NCBI GenBank assembly: GCA_038045765.1
Contig: JBBSXN010000005.1
Location: forward strand, 226,144-290,143
Length of the DNA stretch: 64,000 bases
From: Nanobdellota archaeon
Lineage (GTDB): Archaea; Nanobdellota; Nanobdellia; Pacearchaeales; GW2011-AR1
Reading direction: 5' to 3'
The notes under the pieces are model-generated. The model made no database searches and had not been told where the DNA came from. It saw only the letters and a program-made list of their open reading frames with translations. The translations under genes were made by a program, and so were the position numbers. This document shows positions 9,877 through 18,368 of this stretch, one piece after another (within the stretch, counting starts at the first letter, position 1; every line of letters starts with the position of its first letter).

Positions 9877-11389
9877 GATGGAGTTTAGAGAATTCTTTTT
9901 AAAACATTATGTAAAAATATTTCTTTTTTTAATTATCCTACTTCAATTTTTACAACTTTCTTATTGGATAAATACCCATGACATAAATCCTGCTTTTGAT
10001 GAGGCTTGGCATCTTTCAAATGCATTATATTATCAGAGACTTTTTTCAGATTCGCATATACCTTCTTCTGAGTTGGCAAGTCACTATCCAATATTCGGAT
10101 ATGCCTTTAACTATTATAATCATCCAAATTTATTTTATTTTATATCATCACTATTTAATTTAGAATATCCCGATATTCTTTATGTTAATATTATCTTCTT
10201 AATACTTTTAATTTTAGGGGTTTACGGTATAGGTTTCTACCTGTTTGATAAGGATGTAGGTTTATTTGCAGCTTTTCTAATATCAGTATTCCCTTTAACT
10301 TTAGGTCTATCTAGAAATTATTTATTAGATTTACCACTAGCCTCAATATTAGTTCTGGATATATATTTATTGTTAAAATCTGTTTATTTTTCAGATAAGA
10401 AATACTCTTTACTTTTTCTTTTATTTTTCATTATAGGGATAATATTCAAAAGGTCATTTTTAATATTTATTTTACCAATATTATTATATTATCTAGTAAA
10501 ATACTTTAAGAATAATAATAACAAGCCTAATAAAAAATTTATAGTCTTGTCTATCTTAACTTTTATATTTATTATAAATTATAATTTTTGGAACCTTCTT
10601 GAAGCATTAAATAGATTATATAATTTTAGTTTAGAAAATAATCTTCTTTATTTTAATTTACTTATATCTGAATTATCATTATTTATTTTTGTCATTCTAT
10701 TGGTCGCTTGCATTTTATGCTTAAAAAATCAGGTTAGGTGCAAGATGATTTTATTTATGAGCTTACCAATATTAATCTTTTATTTGTTGGGGGTGTGGTT
10801 TGAATCTAGGTATTCATTACCCTATTTTTACGTTTTTGCACTTATTATATCTAAAGGATTTTTTTCAATTAAAAATAATTTCCTTAGAAGACTTCTGATC
10901 ATAATCATCATCTTAATTTCTCTTCTCCAATTCTCAGCTATTTCCTATGAAATCGATATGCATCAAAAATTCTTTAAAATAGGATCCGATAGCTTTGCAA
11001 TATTAAAAAAAGATTTATCTGGAGTTTATTTTTCTTCTTCTGAAAAAGGAAAAGATAGAATTGATATACCTAAAATTTTAAATATTATTAATTCATCTGT
11101 AATTGATTCTTCAAGAATATGCATAATTGCTCATTCCACCCAGCTTAATGATATTAATTTACCTTTTTACGCAATTTATTATAATTATAATTTTGATTAT
11201 ATGTTGGGCGAGGGTTGTAATCCTTTGAATTATGATTTTACTATCTATAAATCTATTAACAAAAAAGCATCTTCAAGAATTCCGAGTTTTTTAAATGCAG
11301 AAAAGATTTTGCTGAATAATTCTAACAAGTTTGAATTGATTGGTAATCTTTCTAATTCAGAATTCGTTTATAAACGCAAAGCTTTATAA
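9851..11389 (+). CDS. GT-C-fold (PMT/ArnT-like) polytopic membrane protein
   Basis: 512 aa, multi-TM. The first-loop motif PAFDEAWHLSNALYY resembles the DE motif of GT39/GT83 enzymes. The start may instead be the ATG at 9878 (MEFREFF), which would avoid overlap with the ligase. Confidence 0.4.
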   Translation: MRRLLRVNEMEFREFFLKHYVKIFLFLIILLQFLQLSYWINTHDINPAFDEAWHLSNALYYQRLFSDSHIPSSELASHYPIFGYAFNYYNHPNLFYFISSLFNLEYPDILYVNIIFLILLILGVYGIGFYLFDKDVGLFAAFLISVFPLTLGLSRNYLLDLPLASILVLDIYLLLKSVYFSDKKYSLLFLLFFIIGIIFKRSFLIFILPILLYYLVKYFKNNNNKPNKKFIVLSILTFIFIINYNFWNLLEALNRLYNFSLENNLLYFNLLISELSLFIFVILLVACILCLKNQVRCKMILFMSLPILIFYLLGVWFESRYSLPYFYVFALIISKGFFSIKNNFLRRLLIIIIILISLLQFSAISYEIDMHQKFFKIGSDSFAILKKDLSGVYFSSSEKGKDRIDIPKILNIINSSVIDSSRICIIAHSTQLNDINLPFYAIYYNYNFDYMLGEGCNPLNYDFTIYKSINKKASSRIPSFLNAEKILLNNSNKFELIGNLSNSEFVYKRKAL

Positions 11390-11406
11390 ATGAAAACCCT
11401 TTATAA

Positions 11407-11967
11407 ATGAAGATGGCTAAGTCTGATTTGAAAGTTCAAAATATTGTCGCTACCACTTCCCTAGGTAAAGAAGTCTCTTTGACTAAATTGGCTAGAAGTC
11501 AGAGCAATACTGAATATAATCCTGAGCAATTCCCAGGACTTGTATTAAGAATAGATAAGCCTAAGTCTGCAGTATTAGTATTTTCTTCTGGAAATTTGGT
11601 ATGTACTGGAACTAAAAGCGTTGCACAAGTTAAGGAAGTTATAAAGGCAGTAATTAAGCAAATTGCTAAGATTGGAGTTAAGGTTACTCAGGTTCCTAAA
11701 ATTACGGTGCAGAATATTGTAGCTTCTGGAAGTATTGATTTGAAGCTCAATCTTAATGTTTTAGCATTGCAACTTGAGAATACAGAATATGAACCTGAGC
11801 AATTCCCGGGATTGGTTTACAAATTGGATGAACCAACTGCAACTTTCCTTCTTTTCTCAAATGGTAAGCTTGTATGTACTGGAACTAAGAATAAACAACA
11901 GCTAGAGGAAAGTATGGAAAAGCTTAACAAGAATATAAGAGCCGCTGTTAAATTGAGTACTAAATAA
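11407..11967 (+). CDS. tbp: TATA-box binding protein
   Basis: 186 aa. Two direct repeats (QNIVATTSLGKEVSLTKLA... / QNIVASGSIDLKLNLNVLA... and EYNPEQFPGLVLR / EYEPEQFPGLVYK) match the TBP fold. Confidence 0.85.
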   Translation: MKMAKSDLKVQNIVATTSLGKEVSLTKLARSQSNTEYNPEQFPGLVLRIDKPKSAVLVFSSGNLVCTGTKSVAQVKEVIKAVIKQIAKIGVKVTQVPKITVQNIVASGSIDLKLNLNVLALQLENTEYEPEQFPGLVYKLDEPTATFLLFSNGKLVCTGTKNKQQLEESMEKLNKNIRAAVKLSTK

Positions 11968-11989
11968 ATTATTTTCATGAAAGGAGGTA

Positions 11990-12409
11990 TTGTTTATGGT
12001 TAAAAAAGTTGAGAAGGGTATTCCTACAGGAGTTAAAGTCATTTCTATTCTTACTTACCTAGGTTGTGCTTTGCTTTTACTTGCCGGCATTGCTTTCATT
12101 GTTGGAGGAAGCTTTGCTGAGACTCTGCTTCCTGATCTTGCAGAGGCAGGTATTGTCAAAGCTGGAGCTGTCTTTATAGGTATAGTTCTTATCCTATTCG
12201 CTGTATTAGATTTCTTTATAGCAAGAGGATTATGGAAAGGTCATAATTGGGCTAGAATAACTACAGTTATATTTTTGGCACTTGCATTTCTTGGAGATTT
12301 GATGAGCTTAATTGGCGGAAATTTCTCAAGCATTATAGCTTTGATTATATATGGCTTGATTGGATATTACCTTCTTTTCAATAAGGATGTTAAAAAAGCT
12401 TTCTCCTAA
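11990..12409 (+). CDS. small membrane protein (4 TM), unknown function
   Basis: 139 aa, hydrophobic. Confidence 0.35.
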   Translation: MFMVKKVEKGIPTGVKVISILTYLGCALLLLAGIAFIVGGSFAETLLPDLAEAGIVKAGAVFIGIVLILFAVLDFFIARGLWKGHNWARITTVIFLALAFLGDLMSLIGGNFSSIIALIIYGLIGYYLLFNKDVKKAFS

Positions 12410-12424
12410 AAAGAAACTTTATTT

Positions 12425-13615
12425 TTATTTATCTTTTTGATAATAAAACTTTTTATCTTTGATTCTATCTGGTAGATGCTGCTGATCTACTTTTGCATCT
12501 TGGTAATCATGGGCATATTTGTATCCTTTGCCGTATTCTAGTTCTTTCATCAATTGTGTTGGAGCATTTCTTAGATGCAAGGGAACTGGTAAGTTTCCTG
12601 AATTTTCTATTTCTGCTTTAGCTAAATTTACTGCTTGATAAACTGAATTATTTTTTGGAGCTTTTGATAGGTATATTGCTGTTTGGACTAATGCTGTATT
12701 GCATTCTGGATAGCCTAGAAATTGAACTGTTTCTTTCGCTGCTATTGCGAGAATAAGTGCTTGAGGATCTGCATTTCCTATATCTTCTGATGCGAATCTA
12801 ATCATTCTTCTTATTATGTATTTAGGATCTTCTCCTGCTTCTATCATCCTCATTGTCCAGTATACTGATGCATCAGGATCTGAGTCGCGCATCGATTTAT
12901 GTAATGCGGAAATTATATTGTAATGTTCTTCACCTGATTTATCATATCTTAATGTAGGTTTATTAATTGCTGTTAGAATTGATTCTTTTGAAATATTGTT
13001 TGGGGAGAGGTATGAAGATAATTCCAATATGTTTAAAGCTGAACGAGCATCTCCGTTTGCTAATTGAGCGATCAGAGATATTTCTTCTTGATTTATATTG
13101 ATAGAACTCTTTTTTGATGTGTTGTAGATTATAGATTTTAGTTCTTCTTCTGATAATTGATTTAGTACAAAAACCCTTGAGCGTGAAAGAAGAGGAGAGA
13201 TAACTTCAAACGAAGGGTTTTCTGTTGTTGCCCCTATTAGAGTTATTGTTCCGTTTTCTACAAATGGAAGTAGGAAGTCTTGTTGAGCTTTGTTAAAACG
13301 ATGTATTTCATCTAGGAAAAGAATCACCCTTTTATTCATTAGCCTTGTTCTATTCATTGCTGCTTTGATGTCATCTTTTGAAGCTGATACTGCTGATAAC
13401 TCAACAAATTCTGAATTAGTTGATTTTGCTATTATTTTTGCGATAGTGGTCTTACCACATCCTGGAGGACCCCAGAGAATTATTGATGAAGGAAGGTCTT
13501 TAGATTCTATTATAGCTCTAAGTGGTTTATTTTCTCCTACTAGATGAATTTGACCTAAAAATTCTTCTAGACTTTGAGGACGCATTTTATGTGCTAGAGG
13601 TATTTTCTTATCCAT
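12425..13615 (-). CDS. AAA+ ATPase RarA/MgsA (replication-associated recombination protein A)-like
   Basis: Walker [12 protein letters not shown], Walker B FLDEIHRF, and the C-terminal MgsA_C-like region [30 protein letters not shown] are present. Confidence 0.75.
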   Translation of the reverse strand: MDKKIPLAHKMRPQSLEEFLGQIHLVGENKPLRAIIESKDLPSSIILWGPPGCGKTTIAKIIAKSTNSEFVELSAVSASKDDIKAAMNRTRLMNKRVILFLDEIHRFNKAQQDFLLPFVENGTITLIGATTENPSFEVISPLLSRSRVFVLNQLSEEELKSIIYNTSKKSSININQEEISLIAQLANGDARSALNILELSSYLSPNNISKESILTAINKPTLRYDKSGEEHYNIISALHKSMRDSDPDASVYWTMRMIEAGEDPKYIIRRMIRFASEDIGNADPQALILAIAAKETVQFLGYPECNTALVQTAIYLSKAPKNNSVYQAVNLAKAEIENSGNLPVPLHLRNAPTQLMKELEYGKGYKYAHDYQDAKVDQQHLPDRIKDKKFYYQKDK

Positions 13616-13717
13616 AAAATTTATAGAATTAATGAGTATTTAGGAATTGTTGTGGTTTGCTTTGCAAAAAATAAATTTAATTTCTTATTCTTATCAGGTA
13701 AGAAAAAGTAATAGATT

Positions 13718-14122
13718 TTGTATCTTTTTCTTACTAGGTATGAAAACATTTATAAAGTTGATTTGATATTCTTACCAAGTATGAAAGAAGAAATTTTGAT
13801 AAAAACAGCTAGAGAGTATTATTCCTCTGGATTAGATGAGTTAAAGAAAGAGAGATATAATTCTTGCGTTGTTTTATTTTTTAAAGCCCTTGTTTCTTTT
13901 ACAGATTTGTATATTCTTAAAAAGACAAGTAAAACACCATCATCCCATAGCGAGAGATTTAGAATAACTCAGCAAAGTTTTTCCGATGTCTATAATTTGC
14001 TAGATAAGGATTTTCCTTTTTATCAAGAAAGCTATTTTCAGTTAATGAGCAAAGAATTGGCGGAGGTTATTAAAGAAGATGCAGAATACATGGCTAAAAA
14101 ATGTGAAATTAAACTATTCTAA
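13718..14122 (+). CDS. HEPN-domain protein (putative toxin of HEPN/MNT pair)
   Basis: 134 aa, helical. It overlaps the downstream MNT gene by 44 nt, the classic HEPN-MNT arrangement. Confidence 0.45.
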   Translation: MYLFLTRYENIYKVDLIFLPSMKEEILIKTAREYYSSGLDELKKERYNSCVVLFFKALVSFTDLYILKKTSKTPSSHSERFRITQQSFSDVYNLLDKDFPFYQESYFQLMSKELAEVIKEDAEYMAKKCEIKLF

Positions 14123-14645
14123 GAATGTAATTGATGTTGTTCAATTTGGCTCTTCAGTGGTTGAAGGAAAAGAATTTAGAGATATCGATATAGCTGTTAT
14201 TTTCAATAAAATATCTGTAAAGGAACAGCTTAATGAGTCGCAGTTGATAAAAAATCAATTAAAGAAATTTACTGAGAAGGATATTCATATTACTTCTTTG
14301 GATTTTCATTCTTTATTTGAAGAATCAAATTTTGCTAGAGAAGGAATTTTGTTTTATGGAATCAGTCTAATAGATGGGAAAAAATTTCCGGAGAAATTAG
14401 GATTAAGGCCATTAGTCCAAATACAGTATTCACTTAAAAAGTTTTCAAAGAAAGATAAAATAAGATTTAATTATTTATTGAGTGGAAGAGGAGGCAAATA
14501 TGGTTTGCTTAGAAAATATGGTGGTTCTTTAATAGCTCCCGGAATTATAAATATAAATCCAGAACATGAAAAGGTATTTTTGGATGATATTAAGAAGATT
14601 AATCTTGACATAGATGTTAAGAAGATTTATTTAGTTAATGAATAG
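14079..14645 (+). CDS. minimal nucleotidyltransferase (MNT, Pol-beta superfamily)
   Basis: VVQFGSSVVEGKEFRDIDIAVIF matches the hG[GS]...D.D nucleotidyltransferase motif. Confidence 0.6.
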   Translation: MQNTWLKNVKLNYSKNVIDVVQFGSSVVEGKEFRDIDIAVIFNKISVKEQLNESQLIKNQLKKFTEKDIHITSLDFHSLFEESNFAREGILFYGISLIDGKKFPEKLGLRPLVQIQYSLKKFSKKDKIRFNYLLSGRGGKYGLLRKYGGSLIAPGIININPEHEKVFLDDIKKINLDIDVKKIYLVNE

Positions 14646-14818
14646 ATTTTATTCTCATTAATAACTTTTCAGTCTTGTCAGGAAATAAATCCTCTATAAA
14701 AAATAGAGTAAGATCATTATCTCTAATGCACTATTAATGTTGTTGTATAAGATAATAAAGTTTGATTATTTTTCTTTTATTTCATACTTTATCGAGTAAG
14801 TTCTTTGATTTATTATGT

Positions 14819-14930
14819 CAAGATTATTGACAGAAAACCACACACTTTAGTGTGTGGTGAATCTTGAGCATCCAAAAAACGAGTGCTATCAAACCATGGC
14901 TTTTAAGCCATGGTGCACATCGTTTTTTTG
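14819..14930 (+). other. nested inverted repeats (three hairpins) ending in a T7 run; candidate terminator / structured RNA
   Basis: Seen directly: tcaagatt...aatcttga encloses ccacacac-ttta-gtgtgtgg. Then aaaaaacgagtgc...gcacatcgttttttt encloses accatggc-tttta-gccatggt. Confidence 0.3.
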
Positions 14931-15047
14931 ATTCTTAATGCATTTGTGTGTCGCTTTCTAAATCTAACATTTTACTTGGAAAAAAGTAGTTAATTTATGA
15001 TAAATGGCTTTTTCTTAAACTGGATTTTCAGAAAATCAAAAAAAAAC

Positions 15048-15057
15048 ATTTATATAT
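15048..15057 (+). promoter_or_regulatory. TATA box (atttatatat) ~20 nt upstream of the ATGCAAAAG start of the giant secreted protein
   Basis: Seen in sequence. The same spacing recurs at 29319-29328 and 32666-32675 upstream of the paralogues. Confidence 0.4.
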
Positions 15058-15074
15058 GAGCGTTTTATAGTTAG

Positions 15075-18000
15075 ATGATGCAAAAGAGGGCATTGAGTTA
15101 TTTATTTTTTAGCTTCGTCGCTGTTTTACTTTTAGTTTCAGTTGTGTCTGCTGTATGGTATAATCCTAATACTTGGTTTGAAAGTAAAAATAACGTTAGA
15201 TTAAGTCCTCCTGCTGAAAATAGTATTTTTGTTAATGCTGGTTACCTTGGACAATTAAATGATACCACTGCCCCGTATTCTTTTTCTCCTGGAGATGGAA
15301 ATGATTTTACTTTTTCTTTACAATTTAATAGTGCTTCTGGCGTCACTATACAGCGTATGAGTTTTTCTCATACAGGTTATACCAATGATGAGTATTGGAG
15401 AACTTATGGAAACCTTGCGAGTGTTTATCCATTAGTAATATTTGATTCTTCTGGAAATAAAATAAATAACGTTATGGTAGAGCCAGTTTTGACAGTGAGT
15501 TCCGGCGTACAAAATTATAGATTCTATATTCAACCAGGATACAATATATTTATGGGTGGTGCTTTAACTATTATTTTGAGTAATGGAGATGCAGTAACTC
15601 TTAATATTCCTGCAGGTGTTGGACAGACAGTTAGTTATGGAACATATGGTCAAGGCGGAGGAGGAAATCCAAATGCATGTACCTCATTTACATATGGTGA
15701 TTGGACTCCAGCAACATGTTCATATGGAAGTCAACAAACTAGAACTGTGACTGGTTCTCCGGCTGGATGCACTGGTGGAAGTCCTGAAGGAAGTTCAAGA
15801 ACTTGTCCAACCTGCACAGATAGTGATGCAGACTCGACACATCTTACTGGTTTGAACTTTGGTGTTTTTGGTACAGCAACCTATTACGCTGGAATAAGTC
15901 AGAGTGATTATTGTGGTAGCCCTTCAGCTGGACATGCAAATATATTATTTGAGTCTTATTGCAGACCAAGCGATGGAACTCCATCTACTGAATATTATTC
16001 TTGTGAGTATGGATGTGCAAGTGGAAGATGTTTAGATGCTCCTGTTGTTGCTTCTTGTACTGATTTGAATGTCACCACGAAGGCTTTGATTAATAGTAGA
16101 TTTGTTTATAATTCTGCTACTGGAAAATGGGCTGATAGCGATGGAGATTTGCTTCATTTGAATAGCAATGATTGGGTGAATAAGAGCCAATATGTAATCC
16201 TAGTTGCTGACAATGGAAGACAAGGCATTTATGAAATTACACAACTTACAAATAGTTCTTCTACTACTATTCCGAGTGATGATGAAATAACTTTGAAGGA
16301 TATGTCAACTGGGGCTTCAACAACTGCTAAAGCTATCACTGAAGGTGCTGGAAATATAACTCTGCTAGGAGCAAGTTATCAGTATAATTATAGAGGAACA
16401 CAAATTATCCCAGAGAGATCTAGACAAGTTAAGTTTAATTCTATGAAAGATTATTCTTCTTGTAGTATTTATACAGCGCCGACTTGTACTGATAGCGATG
16501 GTGGATTGAATTATAATGTTAAAGGATATACTAATGGAACAGATGCTAATGGGAACAAAGGTATTGCTACAGATACATGTGTTGATTCTTCTCCTGCAGG
16601 TTCTGTTGTGATGGCAGGTCCTGATTTAGTTGAAGTTTATTGTGATAACTCTCTTGCGAGTGAAAGAAGAACAACTTGTCCGAATGGATGTTATGATGGG
16701 GCTTGCGTTTATGGGGCTAATCAAGAAATTAGTTTGACTAATGTAAATAATATTGCTAATTTTAATCTTGGTAATGATTTAATGAAGGTTAAGTTACTTG
16801 CTGCTACAGATGTTTCTGCAACTATTGAGATTATTGATGGTCAAGAAGGTGTTGGTGCAGAAATAACTGAAGGAACTTCCAAAGTCATTGGAGGAGTTAA
16901 TGTTTATCTTGTCAGTGTTGATGAAAATACTGCACTTAATAGTATAAGTGCAGTCGTAGTTTTATCCTTAGAGCAAGTTTGTAAGGAATATATAGCAGAT
17001 ATAAAGAATCCTTCTGACTTCATCAAGAGTGGTTTGGCATTTGAATTGGATGGAAATGGAAGTTATACTGGTTCTGAGTGGGTTAAAGGTGGAAGCGGAT
17101 ATAAGGAATATTCTTATGATGCTAATTATGCTAACTGGAGAAATAACCATGATGGTAAATCTTATTACTTTGGCAAGACTGTGAAAGTGTTTGATGATGT
17201 TTCTTTTGATGTTAAGAAAATATTTGATGAGATTATTGAATCTGGTTTATGTGTAGAAAGAGAGTTTAATGGTGAATCTGCTTATATTTGTGCTTATAAT
17301 GGCTTAACAGGATCTAATGATTATAATTCTATAATTTGGTTTAATGATAATGTAATGGTTGTTGTTGATGTGGCTATTTGGGCTAAGGCAGTAAGTAACT
17401 CCGATATTAATGAGATTAATGACAAGAACTTGAATTCATTGGTAAGAGATATACAAAATAATCAGTATAAAGATATTAGTGAGAATTTTGAGTTAGATAG
17501 TGTGTTTAATTCAATTGTTGGAGATGATTTGCAATTGTGTTCATCAGATGTTTCTAATGATGGTGGATTTACCTTTGGAGCTTATTGCAAGATAGAACCG
17601 GTTGTGTGTCCTGAATATGGAAGACAGGTTGAAAAGTGTTATCGTTATGTAAATGGTAAAGAAGTTGTTAATGAGAAACAACTTTATTGTTCTCCTGGAG
17701 TATGTTCGGGATGTATGGTTCCTAGATGGATGGGATATGATTTTGCTGGAAGCAAGACTGAAAGCGTTTGTATTCCTTATGGAACAAGATTAGCTAATTC
17801 TCAAGATTCAGGTTCTGAGAGAATTTATGAAGGGTATTATACTGAAGGAGATAAGGAATACCTTAATTTGACTATATTTGATACAAGTTCAGGTTATTTG
17901 GATTTAGATATTGATGGTGCTGTGTTTAAGGGAGAGATATATGAATCAGCTATAGTCGATGCTGGCGAAATAATATTTACAGTTAAGGAAATATTTACTT

Positions 18001-18362
18001 CTGAAGAAGAAGGAGATAATGATGCGGAAGGATATATTGAAATAAGTATCGTTGAGAGCTTTGATGCTTACTGTAAGTATGATGGTGATTTGTATGAGCA
18101 GAAGGGTGATGATGCTGAGTGTCAGAATAACTATGAATGTTCAAGTAATGAGTGTAGGACAGGACAATGTGTAAATACTTATGTTGGTGTTTCACAGAAT
18201 ACGAATATACTTGTAAAGATAATATGTAGAATTGTTAATATTCCTCCATTTGGAGATGAGGATAGTTACAATCAATGCTTGTTAGAGTATGCTGGAGGAA
18301 GCGACGGAGGAACAAGTTCAGGTGGTTCTAATGGTGGGGGAAGCGGTGGATCTTCCGCTTAA
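15075..18362 (+). CDS. giant secreted protein (1095 aa), paralogue 1: signal peptide, conserved N-terminal domain, TSP1-like 4-Cys module, conserved C-terminal Cys module, Gly/Ser tail
   Basis: The signal peptide and leader MQKRALSYLFFSFVAVLLLVSVVSAVWYNPNTWF is shared with 29348 and 32696. ACTSFTYGDWTPATCSYGSQQTRTVTGSPAGCTGGSP is one 4-Cys module. CQNNYECSSNECRTGQC lies near the C-terminus. The probable true start is 15078. Confidence 0.7.
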   Translation: MMQKRALSYLFFSFVAVLLLVSVVSAVWYNPNTWFESKNNVRLSPPAENSIFVNAGYLGQLNDTTAPYSFSPGDGNDFTFSLQFNSASGVTIQRMSFSHTGYTNDEYWRTYGNLASVYPLVIFDSSGNKINNVMVEPVLTVSSGVQNYRFYIQPGYNIFMGGALTIILSNGDAVTLNIPAGVGQTVSYGTYGQGGGGNPNACTSFTYGDWTPATCSYGSQQTRTVTGSPAGCTGGSPEGSSRTCPTCTDSDADSTHLTGLNFGVFGTATYYAGISQSDYCGSPSAGHANILFESYCRPSDGTPSTEYYSCEYGCASGRCLDAPVVASCTDLNVTTKALINSRFVYNSATGKWADSDGDLLHLNSNDWVNKSQYVILVADNGRQGIYEITQLTNSSSTTIPSDDEITLKDMSTGASTTAKAITEGAGNITLLGASYQYNYRGTQIIPERSRQVKFNSMKDYSSCSIYTAPTCTDSDGGLNYNVKGYTNGTDANGNKGIATDTCVDSSPAGSVVMAGPDLVEVYCDNSLASERRTTCPNGCYDGACVYGANQEISLTNVNNIANFNLGNDLMKVKLLAATDVSATIEIIDGQEGVGAEITEGTSKVIGGVNVYLVSVDENTALNSISAVVVLSLEQVCKEYIADIKNPSDFIKSGLAFELDGNGSYTGSEWVKGGSGYKEYSYDANYANWRNNHDGKSYYFGKTVKVFDDVSFDVKKIFDEIIESGLCVEREFNGESAYICAYNGLTGSNDYNSIIWFNDNVMVVVDVAIWAKAVSNSDINEINDKNLNSLVRDIQNNQYKDISENFELDSVFNSIVGDDLQLCSSDVSNDGGFTFGAYCKIEPVVCPEYGRQVEKCYRYVNGKEVVNEKQLYCSPGVCSGCMVPRWMGYDFAGSKTESVCIPYGTRLANSQDSGSERIYEGYYTEGDKEYLNLTIFDTSSGYLDLDIDGAVFKGEIYESAIVDAGEIIFTVKEIFTSEEEGDNDAEGYIEISIVESFDAYCKYDGDLYEQKGDDAECQNNYECSSNECRTGQCVNTYVGVSQNTNILVKIICRIVNIPPFGDEDSYNQCLLEYAGGSDGGTSSGGSNGGGSGGSSA

Positions 18363-18368
18363 AGTTTC

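Noticed and set aside
9851-9877. 27-nt overlap between the ligase 3' end and the 9851 start of the GT-C-like gene
   Set aside because: I did not treat it as a programmed frameshift or fusion. An alternative ATG at 9878 removes the overlap. Either start is compatible with an operon.
14819-14930. Possibility that the hairpin cluster is a tRNA or CRISPR repeat
   Set aside because: No cloverleaf can be drawn and no acceptor/T-arm pair is present. There is a single occurrence with no spacer periodicity. No CRISPR-like array was seen anywhere in the window.
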